Both the position numbers and the translations under genes were made by a program. A DNA stretch of 64,000 nt from Desulfatiglandales bacterium (GTDB lineage Bacteria; Desulfobacterota; DSM-4660; Desulfatiglandales; Desulfatiglandaceae): NCBI GenBank assembly GCA_963666345.1, contig OY762721.1:3904001-3968000 (forward strand), in the 5' to 3' direction. The stretch's first letter is position 1, and each line of letters opens with the position of its first letter. Shown here piece after piece: positions 1 to 10,596 of the stretch. The notes below the pieces were generated by a model. That model made no database searches. It was not told where the DNA came from and saw only the letters and a list, made by a program, of their open reading frames with translations.

Positions 1-114
1 GGATTATCATTTATCCTTGAGGCAAATCGTACTTAGTAATACAATGAAATTAATGAGATAGCCAATATTCATTTTTTTAGGTTGAAATACCACATCATAT
101 AAGAAAATAGCGAT

Positions 115-1083
115 ATGGATGACTTCGAAGTTATTATAATTGGTGGAGGACCAGCGGGATTGACTGCAGGACTGTACGCTGCACGTGCTCATCTTAATAC
201 TGTTCTCCTCGAGGCCAAAGTCCCTAGTGGTCAAGTAGCGATGGCTAATACCATAGAAAACTATCCGGGTTTCCCAAAGGGTATTTCAGGGGTTGAGCTC
301 ATTGATAGGTTTGCCCAGCAGGCATTGGGAGTCGGCTTGACAATTCGTAAATTTAATATTGTAGAAAAAATGGAGCTGAAAAATGGTAGCAAGATCATCA
401 CTACGGGGCGCGATAAATATTCAACGTCAACCCTTATAGTTGCAACCGGTGCTCAGTGGAACAAATTAAATATCCCAGGGGAAAAGCAGCTCGCCAATAA
501 AGGAGTCTCCTATTGTGCAACTTGCGATGGTGCTTTCTTCGAAAATCTGGAAGTAGCTGTAGTAGGTGGAGGAGACACTGCAGTAGAAGATGCCCTCTAC
601 CTATCTAAAATTGTCAGCAAGGTGTTTCTGGTACATCGTAGAGACAACCTGCGCGCTCAAAAAATATTACAGGACAGGGCGTTAAACAATCCTAAAATTG
701 AACCTATTTGGGACACTGTCGTCAGGGAGATAAAGGGTGAGGAAATGGTGCGCAGTTTGCTGCTGCAAAACCTCAAAGATTCCAGCACTGCGGAATTATC
801 GGTCAGCGGTGTTTTTATAGCTGTAGGCCAGCAACCAAATGTGGAATATTTGCGTGGTTTAGTCGATATGGATAAAACGGGCTATATCCTCACTGATGAA
901 CACTGCGCTACCTCTGTGCCTGGGATTTTTGCTGCGGGAGATGTTCGAAAAAAAGATCTTCGGCAAATTTCCACGGCTGTTGGTGACGGTGCCATCGCAG
1001 CAATGGCAGCGGAGAGGTACATCGAGGAGCAGATACAAGATGAAATTGTTAGTCTAAAAGGAATAGAAGCTTCTCTTCTTTGA
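115..1083 (+). CDS. trxB: Thioredoxin-disulfide reductase
   Basis: GGGPAGLTAG FAD motif, GVSYCATCDG redox CxxC, GGGDTA NADPH motif, C-terminal GIFAAGDV. Confidence 0.95.
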   Translation: MDDFEVIIIGGGPAGLTAGLYAARAHLNTVLLEAKVPSGQVAMANTIENYPGFPKGISGVELIDRFAQQALGVGLTIRKFNIVEKMELKNGSKIITTGRDKYSTSTLIVATGAQWNKLNIPGEKQLANKGVSYCATCDGAFFENLEVAVVGGGDTAVEDALYLSKIVSKVFLVHRRDNLRAQKILQDRALNNPKIEPIWDTVVREIKGEEMVRSLLLQNLKDSSTAELSVSGVFIAVGQQPNVEYLRGLVDMDKTGYILTDEHCATSVPGIFAAGDVRKKDLRQISTAVGDGAIAAMAAERYIEEQIQDEIVSLKGIEASLL

Positions 1084-1186
1084 ATTGATTAACCAAGAAA
1101 ATAAGAGGGAATGATATTTATTAGGTGAACAGGGGCCAAATTTGAAACCAAAATACTCTAACTACATTAAAAGGGAGGGAAACGAT

Positions 1187-2134
1187 ATGAAAAAATTTGG
1201 AGCCTTTTTAGTCTTGATATTTTGTTTAGGCCTAATAATTTTGCCTTCAGAGAGAGCATTTAGTAAAGATCTATATGTGTCAATAGCAACCGGAGGGACG
1301 GGAGGAGTCTTTTACCCGGCAGGAGGGGCTATATCCGATTTAATCCGAAAACATTGTCCGTCGGTAAAAGGTGCTACTGCCGAAGTTACAGCTGCGTCTT
1401 TAGAAAATGTAAAACTCGTCAATTCGGGACAAAGTGATTTTGCAATGATGTCTTGGGTCGCTGTTGTATCAGCGGGCATGAAAGACAAAATACCAAACGT
1501 GAGGTCTGTCTTCTTGTTGCACGGAAGTCCACGTCAGTGGATAGTACTCGCAGATAGCAAAATCCACTCTCTTTTGGACTTCAAGGGGAAAAGAGTTGTA
1601 GTAGGTGCTCCCGGAAGTGCTACAGAAGAATGCTCTCGAGCAGTATTTGAATTGATTGGATTGAGTTTTGATGACATTAAGCCAGCATTTCTATCGTTTA
1701 GGGAAGGCGTAGAAGCACTTAAGGATAACCGTGTTGATGTGGCATGTGTCCAAGCGGGGTTTCCAACCTCGACGGTGATGGACATAAACACTGTGCGTGA
1801 TATTAGGCTTATTAACATTAGTAAGAAGAATTTAGAGAAAATAGAGAAGGCATTCCCTTCTATGCCGCCAATTACGATACCAGCGGGAACTTACCGTGGA
1901 CAAGATCAAGATGTTCATACTTGGAACACGCCGGGGCCGATGATTTGTAATAAGGATTTGCCGGAGCAAGCTGTGTATGAAATAGTCAAAGTATTACACA
2001 AGCATAAAGACTGGCTGGTAGAAAATGTACACAGGTTCTGTAAATATTGGGAATTTAGTCCGGTAGTTCAAAAATACTGTCCGCTTCACCCTGGAGCAGC
2101 GAGGTATTACAAGGAAATTGGGTTGTTGAAGTAG
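1187..2134 (+). CDS. TAXI-family TRAP transporter solute-binding subunit
   Basis: Signal peptide, IATGGTGGVFYP, C-terminal PLHPGAARYYKE; ATG at 1187 follows GGGAGG RBS. Confidence 0.92.
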   Translation: MKKFGAFLVLIFCLGLIILPSERAFSKDLYVSIATGGTGGVFYPAGGAISDLIRKHCPSVKGATAEVTAASLENVKLVNSGQSDFAMMSWVAVVSAGMKDKIPNVRSVFLLHGSPRQWIVLADSKIHSLLDFKGKRVVVGAPGSATEECSRAVFELIGLSFDDIKPAFLSFREGVEALKDNRVDVACVQAGFPTSTVMDINTVRDIRLINISKKNLEKIEKAFPSMPPITIPAGTYRGQDQDVHTWNTPGPMICNKDLPEQAVYEIVKVLHKHKDWLVENVHRFCKYWEFSPVVQKYCPLHPGAARYYKEIGLLK

Positions 2135-2558
2135 AAAAACAATGAGGGACACTGGATGTTAGCCTTTCCTATTTGTACTAACGCAGAGCTTTGATGAATA
2201 AAACATATTAATATTATATTAATGAGTTGTTTTTAATAGTGTTCTGTTCGTATTGATGGGTCGATTATTGGGGAATAGTGGCCAAAAGCCTTTTCATGAT
2301 TGGTAAGATTTTCATAAGGATGCGAAAAAGATGGAAAAGGAGATATATGATATCAATTTGTACTAATATAACCAGCGGAAACGCTAAATATTAAATAGTT
2401 AAGCTATCTAATGCTCTATGTCAGTAATTTATAGTTAGCATTTTAATTAAATCAAACAGACCTAAATATGTTAGGAAATAGTATAAATTATCAGAAATAT
2501 AATTGCTTATTGCATTGAATTTAATCTAAAATATTAAACGATATTGAGTTTGAAAACA

Positions 2559-3086
2559 ATGAAGCACTTTATATTTTTATTACTACTAATATTTAGTATA
2601 GCACCAGGCACTAATGTGTTTGCATCAGTGTGTGGCAGCGAATTTCATATAGAACTTATAAACCATTCCAAAGGCAATAGCCTAATATTGTCTATGATAG
2701 CATCTCCCGAGGATACATTCGAACTCAAATACATCCATTCTGTAGAGAAAACGCCTGTTTTTGAAATCTATAACTTTGATAGTAAGGGACAAATCTATCT
2801 AACTGAAACCACCGTGGAATCATCAGGTTACGGCCTGCCGTTGGCTGAAGATGGGGATAAGGTTGTTTATGGTGAAAAAACTATGACAATCACTGGAATG
2901 CACAAGAGAATCGATTGTTTGTTGATGAGGGTGAGTTATTTGAATGATATGTTCCTCTCTTTTTCTCTATGCAGCATTAACCTGCGTGATGTGGCTTGTA
3001 GTGGGGATCAGATTGAAATAAAAATAAGTGTTGCTGTCAAAAGGGAGATTTTGAATGAGGGAAGTTGCCAATACAGGTGGCGGTGA
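2559..3086 (+). CDS. DUF1850-family protein (TAXI-TRAP accessory)
   Basis: FELKYIHSVEKTPVFE and SSGYGLP motifs; lies between the TAXI binding protein and the permease. Confidence 0.85.
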   Translation: MKHFIFLLLLIFSIAPGTNVFASVCGSEFHIELINHSKGNSLILSMIASPEDTFELKYIHSVEKTPVFEIYNFDSKGQIYLTETTVESSGYGLPLAEDGDKVVYGEKTMTITGMHKRIDCLLMRVSYLNDMFLSFSLCSINLRDVACSGDQIEIKISVAVKREILNEGSCQYRWR

Positions 3087-4998
3087 AAACGAACTTGCGT
3101 CAGGAGAAAAGGCTCAGGGTTTTTTGGGAAAGCTTATTTTTCTTTTGGGCATTGGAATGTCTTTGTTTCACATCTACTTCAGCACGATCGGTCTCATTTC
3201 GACAATAAGTGTGAGAAGCGGGCATCTAATTTTTGCCATGGCCATAATTTTTCTCTCTTACCCGCTGACCAAAAAAGGGGGAAAGGTGAGATTTATAGAT
3301 TGGCTATTTGTTTTTTTGGCCTGTATTAGTGGCTTCTATATTATCTTTATGTATCCAGAAATGCGATATCATATTGGAAATTTGACTTTAGCTGACAAAA
3401 TATGTGGCGTTATTTTAATTTTTCTGACTGTAGAAATTACCCGTCGAACCATCGGATTGTCGTTAACTCTCATCGCATTGGCAGCTTTAGCCTATGGTAT
3501 TCTTGGGCCTTATGTGCCCGGTATCTTAGGCCATCGCGGATACAACCTCTCTCGAATTATAAGTCAGATGTATTGTTGCTTGGAAGGCATTTATGGGATC
3601 CCCTTAGGGGTTATGGCGACAATGGTGTATCTGTTTGTTTTGTTCGGTGCATTTCTGGAAAAAACAGGGGCGTCTGAGTTTTTTATTGACCTAGCCTATG
3701 CTCTTACAGGGAAATACGCAGGAGGCCCTGCTAAAACTGCCCTTATTGCCTCTGGCTTAATGGGGTCGGTATCTGGCAGTGCGGTTGCGAATACAGTTAC
3801 AACGGGATCGGTGACTATTCCACTAATGAAATCGGTGGGGTACAAGCCTGAAGTTGCAGGAGGTATTGAAGCTGCAGCATCGACAGGAGGGCAGCTTATG
3901 CCTCCCTTAATGGGAGCAGGCGCTTTCATTATGTCAGAGTACACTGGAATACCTTATTTGACTATTATCACCGTTTCAGTAATTCCTGCCCTACTCTACT
4001 ATTTAACATTAGGATTTTTTGTCCACAACGCCGCAGTGTCTACAGGGTTAAAGGGGATGTCAAAAGAACAGCTTCCTCATTTAGGGAAGGTTTTACTAAG
4101 TGGATGGCATTTGTTTGTTCCTCTTGGAACTCTAATTTGGTTATTGGTAAGTGGATATTCGCCTACTTTCTCTGCTAGCATCTCTATTCTTGTATTAATT
4201 GTCGTAAGCATGTTTCGATCTAGTAGCCGATTAAGTGTACGAGACTTTTTCGAAGCTCTTGCAGCCGCCTCTAAAATGGCTGTACCTATTTCTGCCGCGT
4301 GTGCTGCTGCAGGACTTGTGGTAGGCATTGTTGGTTTAACCGGTCTAGGGCTGAAGTTTTCAACAATGATTCTAGAAATTGCTGGAAATAGTGTGTTTAT
4401 TGCTATGATACTTGTAATGTTTGCTTCGCTCATATTGGGGATGGGACTTCCCGTTACGGCCGCCTATATCATGCTTGCAGTTTTGGCCGTGCCAGCATTA
4501 GTTAAGTTGGGCATTACAATGTTAGCTGCCCATTTAATTGTATTTTGGTATAGCCAGGATTCTAATGTAACCCCACCAGTTTGTCTGGCAGCGTATGCAG
4601 GAGCTGGTATTGCAGAGGCTAATCCAATGAAAACCGGTTTTTATGCCTGGAAGTTGTCTAAGGGTTTATATCTAATTCCTTTCCTTTTTGCCTATCGACC
4701 TGAGATTCTGGTAACTCAAGGATGGTATCAAGCAATTATTATAGGGCTTCAAGGTCTCGTTGCACTAATGGCAGGTGTTGCCGCGTTAGACGGCTTCTTG
4801 TTTGTGCGCTTGAATATTTGGTATAGATTAATTTTAGGTTGTATATGCATAGTTATATTTTGCCCGAGTTTAACCTTGAGGCTTATAGGACTTTTCACAT
4901 TTTTTGGTATTTTTGTGTTTATGTTTATAGTCAAAGCTTATTCAAAAATGAAAGCTGAAAAGGGAGAAGAGTTATATGAGTCTTTAGTTAAACATTGA
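3055..4998 (+). CDS. TRAP transporter fused permease (4TM/12TM)
   Basis: GGPAK, SGSAVANTVTTG, ASTGGQLMPPLMG, VTPPVCLAAYAGA motifs; strongly hydrophobic. Confidence 0.95.
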   Translation: MREVANTGGGENELASGEKAQGFLGKLIFLLGIGMSLFHIYFSTIGLISTISVRSGHLIFAMAIIFLSYPLTKKGGKVRFIDWLFVFLACISGFYIIFMYPEMRYHIGNLTLADKICGVILIFLTVEITRRTIGLSLTLIALAALAYGILGPYVPGILGHRGYNLSRIISQMYCCLEGIYGIPLGVMATMVYLFVLFGAFLEKTGASEFFIDLAYALTGKYAGGPAKTALIASGLMGSVSGSAVANTVTTGSVTIPLMKSVGYKPEVAGGIEAAASTGGQLMPPLMGAGAFIMSEYTGIPYLTIITVSVIPALLYYLTLGFFVHNAAVSTGLKGMSKEQLPHLGKVLLSGWHLFVPLGTLIWLLVSGYSPTFSASISILVLIVVSMFRSSSRLSVRDFFEALAAASKMAVPISAACAAAGLVVGIVGLTGLGLKFSTMILEIAGNSVFIAMILVMFASLILGMGLPVTAAYIMLAVLAVPALVKLGITMLAAHLIVFWYSQDSNVTPPVCLAAYAGAGIAEANPMKTGFYAWKLSKGLYLIPFLFAYRPEILVTQGWYQAIIIGLQGLVALMAGVAALDGFLFVRLNIWYRLILGCICIVIFCPSLTLRLIGLFTFFGIFVFMFIVKAYSKMKAEKGEELYESLVKH

Positions 4999-5148
4999 TT
5001 TGTTTCAAGTTCCTATTAGAAGAAACGGTACGCTGTAACAATATGAGTGGAGCTACTTAAATTTTTTTAAATGGCAGAAAAATGAACTTAGCTTGGGTAT
5101 ATAGTTGGGATTGTAGAAATATTATTAAAAAATTCAGGAGGGATAATT

Positions 5149-5571
5149 ATGAAAAGATTTATCAACAGCAAGGCAACCCAATTTGCTCTAGTTTCGATGT
5201 TCTTTATTTTGGCGGTAATCTTTCATTGTTATGGAGTGCAAGCAGAAGCTTCGAGTACGCCTGCCTTTACTGGGGATGTGACATGGAAAGTCGATGCCGA
5301 AGTTGAAGCTACTCTTTTAAGCTGCGAGGTAAAGCCTTATAAGGGATGGAAAAAATCCGTATGTCACTTTGAATTAAACATTAAAAACAAGGCTGATCGC
5401 TCTTTGCGCTTTCGTGTAAGAATTATGTTATCAGAAGAAGGACTTGGATGTGGTGGGTTTGTGCCTCGTAAAACTAAACTTAAGCCAGGCGAAGAAATGA
5501 AAGTAGTATATCCTGTGAGATACGAGAAGATACCTGAGGCCATTGTCATTACTGTTAATACAGTAGAATAA
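5149..5571 (+). CDS. Exported hypothetical protein (probably beta-rich)
   Basis: AGGAGG RBS, N-terminal signal peptide, 140 aa. Confidence 0.7.
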   Translation: MKRFINSKATQFALVSMFFILAVIFHCYGVQAEASSTPAFTGDVTWKVDAEVEATLLSCEVKPYKGWKKSVCHFELNIKNKADRSLRFRVRIMLSEEGLGCGGFVPRKTKLKPGEEMKVVYPVRYEKIPEAIVITVNTVE

Positions 5572-5891
5572 AAAACCAGGGTCATGAGATGACAGTTGCA
5601 TCTAGCAAAGTTATCGGTAACATGGTTGACTCTGAAACGCTTTTTATAACCAAGATCAACAAAGCCAGCATAGCCCCTCCAGTCATAACCATGAATGACT
5701 GTTGCATAATTTATGCGTCCTTTGATAGCCTATTGCAGTGTAGTTATGGAATGCTATGATGTTTTGAATACTTGCTTTTAACAGCCACAGCTAAAATTTC
5801 TACTACTTTTTAGTGCCTTGTACTAATCGGGGTATTTTATAAAACGCAACCGGCATGGTTAGCTAAAGTAATAAATACAAAGGAGTTGGGT

Positions 5892-7373
5892 ATGAGCTTA
5901 AAGGAAGTAAAGGAAAATTATGGAATGCTGAAGTTATTCATCAATGGGGAATGGGTTGAATCGGAAGCTACAGAAATAAATCAGACCGTAAATCCGGCGA
6001 CAGGTGAGGTTATTGCGGAATTCCCAACCGCAACCATGAAAGAAGCTCGATCTGCAGTTGATGCAGCGCATGGAGCCTTCAAGGAATGGAGAGAGATGCC
6101 TTTGCGAGATAGGGCAACATTGCTCTTCAACATGCGGGGAAAAGTTGTTGAAAAATACGATGAGCTTTGCCGTATCCTGACTCAGGATCATGGAAGGACA
6201 ATGGCGGAATCAAAAGGTTCGTTAAGCCGCGTTATTGAAAACATTGAGTCGGCGTGCTCTGCGCTCTACGGTTTGGTCAAGCGTAACGAGCATATGGATC
6301 AAGTAGCGACCGGTATTGACCAATATCTTATATGGGAACCGCTGGGCGCATTTCTCATCATAACTCCAAGCAATATTCCTATGCATGCTTGGTCATCTTT
6401 TGTTCCATATGCCATGGCGGCTGGCTGCACGGTCGTGGTGAGTCCAAGCAGACAAGATCCTGTCGCTGGGGAAGCTATGTGCAAAGTGGCACAAGAGGTG
6501 GGCTTCCCCCCTGGGGTGATAAACATGATCCACGGTGGAAGGGATATTAACAAGGAAATACTCCTCCAGCCTGAAATTAAAGGGGTTGGGTTTATAGGCT
6601 CTAATAGGGCAGGGTGGGAGCTGTTTGAATTATGCGGGAAACTTGGAAAGACTTCATCTATGAACGGTAATGGTAAAAACCACTGTGTTATTATGCCAGA
6701 TGCCGACGTTGATCAATCTGTTGAATGGCTTGTCAGGGCATGCTTTGGATTGACAGGACAGCGCTGTCTCGGTGTCGATAACGTAGTCATCATTGGGGAC
6801 ATCTACGATGAGGTAAAAACTAAGTTTAGAGAGGCTGCCGCAGCTATGAGGCTCGGATATGGACTTGATGAGGAAACTACACTTGGGCCAATGACCACTC
6901 AGACCGGAAAAGAGAAAGTGATCAACTGGATTGAGCAATCAGTCGCCGAAGGCGCTAAAGTATTACTTGATGGAAGAAATGTGCAGGTTAAGGACTATTC
7001 AGATGGATACTTTATTGGCCCCACTATCCTTGAAGAGGTGAATGTTGATATGTCGATGGCCAAAGAGGAGGCTTTTGGACCAGTGGCGAGCCTGATCCGA
7101 GGAGATAGCCTCGATCAGGCGATAGAATGGATTAACAGCAAGACAAATCTTGGACACTCTGCTTCCATAATGACCCAGGATGGTAAGAAGGCGCGTAAGT
7201 TTATCAGGGAGGTTAACGTGGGCAATGTTGCAGTGAATGTGGCCGTTGCTCAACCTTACGCATTCTTCCCACTGGGGTCTAGGAGAGAATCCTTTTTGGG
7301 TACTGCTAAATCGAGAATGTCTTCTATGAGGATGTTTATGGATGAAAAAACGGTTGTTTCGCGCTGGATATGA
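5892..7373 (+). CDS. Aldehyde dehydrogenase, (methyl)malonate-semialdehyde dehydrogenase-like (CoA-acylating type)
   Basis: GQRC catalytic Cys, EEAFGPV; GNGKNH replaces the ELGGK of hydrolytic ALDHs; AGGAG RBS before ATG 5892. Confidence 0.85.
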   Translation: MSLKEVKENYGMLKLFINGEWVESEATEINQTVNPATGEVIAEFPTATMKEARSAVDAAHGAFKEWREMPLRDRATLLFNMRGKVVEKYDELCRILTQDHGRTMAESKGSLSRVIENIESACSALYGLVKRNEHMDQVATGIDQYLIWEPLGAFLIITPSNIPMHAWSSFVPYAMAAGCTVVVSPSRQDPVAGEAMCKVAQEVGFPPGVINMIHGGRDINKEILLQPEIKGVGFIGSNRAGWELFELCGKLGKTSSMNGNGKNHCVIMPDADVDQSVEWLVRACFGLTGQRCLGVDNVVIIGDIYDEVKTKFREAAAAMRLGYGLDEETTLGPMTTQTGKEKVINWIEQSVAEGAKVLLDGRNVQVKDYSDGYFIGPTILEEVNVDMSMAKEEAFGPVASLIRGDSLDQAIEWINSKTNLGHSASIMTQDGKKARKFIREVNVGNVAVNVAVAQPYAFFPLGSRRESFLGTAKSRMSSMRMFMDEKTVVSRWI

Positions 7374-7422
7374 TTTTTGGGAGCGCTATTAGTTCTTAAC
7401 CAGTATAAATGAAGACATGTAA

Positions 7423-8367
7423 TTGAATAAAATCCTCAAATGTGACAAGGGAGTAAAAGAATTGGGAGATGTAATTGGGTTTATTGGTCTCGGCATAATG
7501 GGGATGCCTATGTCGAAGAGATTGCGAGAGACTGGTTATGAGGTGATTGTTTACGATATATCGTCAGAGCCTGTAGAAAAACTGGTTGAAGTGGGTGCTA
7601 AGAAAAGTGCGTCTCCAAAAGATGTCGCATGTCGAAGCGATGTGGTGATATCAATGCTACCAACGCCTACTATTACAAAGAAAGTCATCTTTGGGGAAGA
7701 TGGTGTCAATGCCGGGATTCGGAGAGGCTCAGTGTACATTGATATGAGCACATCTGACCCTTTGCTGACGAGTCATATTGCTGAAGTATTTGAAGAGAAA
7801 GGTGTGCGAACGTTAGATGCGCCAGTAAGTGGCGGAATAAAAGGAGCTAGAGAGGGAACCTTGACAATCATGGTTGGGGGATGTCGGGCTACCTTCGAGA
7901 GAGTTAAAGATGTATTGTCTTGCATGGGTAAGAATATCATGTACACGGGTAGGGTAGGATCTGCGCATACACTTAAAGTTATCAACAATATGTTATTAGC
8001 AATGAATATGGCCGCCACTTCTGAGGCTCTAGCCTTGGGGGTAAAAGCTGGGATTGAACCGACGATGATGCGAGATATTATGTCTGTTAGCTCGGGCAGA
8101 TCCTATGCCTTAGAAGTAAAAGTTAGAGATTTTGTTTTTCCACGAAACTTCGCTCCGGGTTTTACGGTAGATCTTCTAAACAAAGATATAGATATTGCTT
8201 TGAATCTTGGGAGAAGATTAGGAACCCCAGTGCTATTAGGAAACTCGATCAGACAATTGTATGAATCTTTAGTGGCTAAAGGGCAAGGGGGGAAGGATGC
8301 TTCTATCATTATAACCTTTTTTGAGGAAATGATGCATACGAAAAAAATCAAAGGCAAACCAAGTTAA
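7423..8367 (+). CDS. NAD(P)-dependent beta-hydroxyacid dehydrogenase (3-hydroxyisobutyrate dehydrogenase / tartronate semialdehyde reductase family)
   Basis: GFIGLGIMG, DAPVSGG, catalytic K in LKVINN, KDI motif; true start may be TTG 7462. Confidence 0.9.
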   Translation: MNKILKCDKGVKELGDVIGFIGLGIMGMPMSKRLRETGYEVIVYDISSEPVEKLVEVGAKKSASPKDVACRSDVVISMLPTPTITKKVIFGEDGVNAGIRRGSVYIDMSTSDPLLTSHIAEVFEEKGVRTLDAPVSGGIKGAREGTLTIMVGGCRATFERVKDVLSCMGKNIMYTGRVGSAHTLKVINNMLLAMNMAATSEALALGVKAGIEPTMMRDIMSVSSGRSYALEVKVRDFVFPRNFAPGFTVDLLNKDIDIALNLGRRLGTPVLLGNSIRQLYESLVAKGQGGKDASIIITFFEEMMHTKKIKGKPS

Positions 8368-8587
8368 TGAGTGGTAAGAGAGATTGTTGATAATGGAATT
8401 TTTTCACCTGCTTTTTAGTGGTTTAAAGAGATTTAGCGGAACGGATAAACCATTAAGTGATAGAGCTGTGCATTTTTAGAGAAAAATTAAAAACAAAAGT
8501 GAATGAGGAGCAATCAAAGATTTATAGAGGACGCCGAGCCTGAACTTGAAGATGAACATATAAGTTTAATCCTACTGGAGAAAACAA

Positions 8588-9865
8588 ATGAAACTGAGTA
8601 GAGAACAAGAAGACATGCTGGCAGGAAATGAAGGCTATGGTGTGCAAAAGGCCATGGAGATCCTTACAGCTATGGGAGATGCAGTTGGAGCGGAAAAGAT
8701 GGAACGGATCACCTATGCCCACCTTATGCCCCCGGATCTCATGTTTTTCCCTTATGGTAAGCAGGGCGCATGGGCACATGACATGACTGCAGAGTTAACA
8801 AAAGACCTCAAAGGTTTCAAAGTTATCACAACTGTGGAACCTAAATTCTGTGATCTTTGTATTGCAAAGGACCTTCAATTCACTGATGACATAATAGAGG
8901 AAATGCACAGAATCCAAGGAAATGCCGTGAACTTCTATGAGCGGCTCGGAATTATGACTACCTATACTGCGATGCCTTTTCTTTATTACCAGACCAAACT
9001 AGGAGACCACGTAAGCATTTCTGAGTCAATTGCCACTCTGTGGTCCAATACTATGTTCGGCTCCCGTTGCGAGCGTGACGATGGTGTAACTTCTTTAGCT
9101 GCTGCCATAACTGGTTATATACCCCTATCGGGTGCCCATTTAGATGAACAGCGTTATGCCGAAGTGGTTATAAGACCTGGAGAAGATATCAGCTTTGCCA
9201 AGTTCAACGATGCGGACTGGGATGCCTACAGCCTAGCCGCTAGCCGCAAATGCAAGGAAAAGAGGCCCGTATTTGTAGGGTTACCACCTAAGCCCGGAAT
9301 CACGGCGCTGAAGCACCTTTTGTCGGTTATCGCAGTGGAATCGGGACTTGCTGTCATGCACATCGTAGGCATCACGCCGGAAGCTCCAACTCTAGAAGCT
9401 TCTTTGGCGGGGCACTCGCCCTTGGATGAGTGCATTGTCGGACAAAGGGAAATTGATGAAGCTTACCAGCTTGCCAATACGGCAAAGGGAAGAGACATTG
9501 ACTTCATTCTGCTTGGGTGTCCACATGTAACTATGAGTGAGATGAGAGACTTGGCTCAAACACTTGACGGAAAGAAGCTAAGCAAAGATGTCACCATGAT
9601 CGTCTCCACCACTCGGCTCCTGCTGGAACAGGCAGAGGATATGGGGTATGCCGATATAATCCGCAATGCCGGAGGCATCATGACCAGCGACATGTGTATT
9701 GCCTTTGCTGGATCTAATGTTAAAGGAACCATCGCAACCAATTCCATTAAGGCAGTGTTTTTCTATGCTGGTTTCTGTGCAAGCGCCCCGAACGAAGTGA
9801 AATTTGGAAGCATGACGGAATGTGCTCGATCCGCAGTGAGCGGGAAATGGGAAGGGAGGTTTTAA
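8588..9865 (+). CDS. Aconitase X catalytic subunit (DUF521), divergent
   Basis: MKLSREQEDMLAG start, KAMEIL, AAAITG, HIVGITPEA, GCPH, TNSIKA. Confidence 0.88.
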   Translation: MKLSREQEDMLAGNEGYGVQKAMEILTAMGDAVGAEKMERITYAHLMPPDLMFFPYGKQGAWAHDMTAELTKDLKGFKVITTVEPKFCDLCIAKDLQFTDDIIEEMHRIQGNAVNFYERLGIMTTYTAMPFLYYQTKLGDHVSISESIATLWSNTMFGSRCERDDGVTSLAAAITGYIPLSGAHLDEQRYAEVVIRPGEDISFAKFNDADWDAYSLAASRKCKEKRPVFVGLPPKPGITALKHLLSVIAVESGLAVMHIVGITPEAPTLEASLAGHSPLDECIVGQREIDEAYQLANTAKGRDIDFILLGCPHVTMSEMRDLAQTLDGKKLSKDVTMIVSTTRLLLEQAEDMGYADIIRNAGGIMTSDMCIAFAGSNVKGTIATNSIKAVFFYAGFCASAPNEVKFGSMTECARSAVSGKWEGRF

Positions 9866-9868
9866 TTT

Positions 9869-10282
9869 ATGGCCGTATTTAAGGGAAAGAGTGTCGTGAA
9901 AATGGGAGTGGTTGAAGGAGAGGCTTTGGTAACCAAAGATTTGGTTGCTTTCTGGGGAGGAGCGGACTGGGAAACTGGAGAAATTGTGGAAGTAGGCCAT
10001 GACGCAAGAGGTAAGATAGTGGCTGATAAGATATTGGTTTTTCCTATTGGTAAGGGAGGAGGAGGTGAAACCTTTGGTTATTACTATCTGGGCCGTAGCG
10101 GCAAGGCGCCGAAGGCCATTGTGTGTAATCGTTCTCTAGGCCAGACCGTAGCCGGAGCTTTGCTTATTGGAACCCCCATGGTGTATGGTTTCCAGGAAGA
10201 TGTCACTGCCGAGATTGAAAGCGGCGATTGGGTTCGAGTAGATACCGAAAATGGTCAAGTGGAAGTTTTGAAAAAAGGATAA
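9869..10282 (+). CDS. Aconitase X swivel subunit (DUF126), divergent
   Basis: VEGEALVT..FWGG.D.ETG.I...GH, KILVFP.GKG, KAPKAIV; adjacent to DUF521 gene. Confidence 0.88.
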   Translation: MAVFKGKSVVKMGVVEGEALVTKDLVAFWGGADWETGEIVEVGHDARGKIVADKILVFPIGKGGGGETFGYYYLGRSGKAPKAIVCNRSLGQTVAGALLIGTPMVYGFQEDVTAEIESGDWVRVDTENGQVEVLKKG

Positions 10283-10286
10283 GGAT

Positions 10287-10595
10287 ATGCCAATTGATGC
10301 AATAATGATAAAGCCTAGTGACAATGTCGCTACAGCTCTAAGGGAGCTTTCACCCGGTGATATTGCCAGAGTTGGGATTGGAAAGGATACGAAGGAAATT
10401 ACCATAAGGGATAACATAGCTTACGGTCATAAGTTTGCGACTAGGGATATTGTGCAGGGTGAGCATATTGTAAAGTACGGGGAAATCATGGGCTGTGCAA
10501 CTTTAGATATCGGTGCTGGTTTTCATGCTCACATTCAGAATATAGAAAGCTTAAGAGGAAGAGGCGATCTTGGAGATGCGAGGATTAAAAAATAG
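10287..10595 (+). CDS. UxaA-family dehydratase small subunit (SAF domain)
   Basis: DNVATAL, GHKFA, IVKYGE, HIQN..SLRGRGD. Confidence 0.9.
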   Translation: MPIDAIMIKPSDNVATALRELSPGDIARVGIGKDTKEITIRDNIAYGHKFATRDIVQGEHIVKYGEIMGCATLDIGAGFHAHIQNIESLRGRGDLGDARIKK

Positions 10596-10596
10596 C

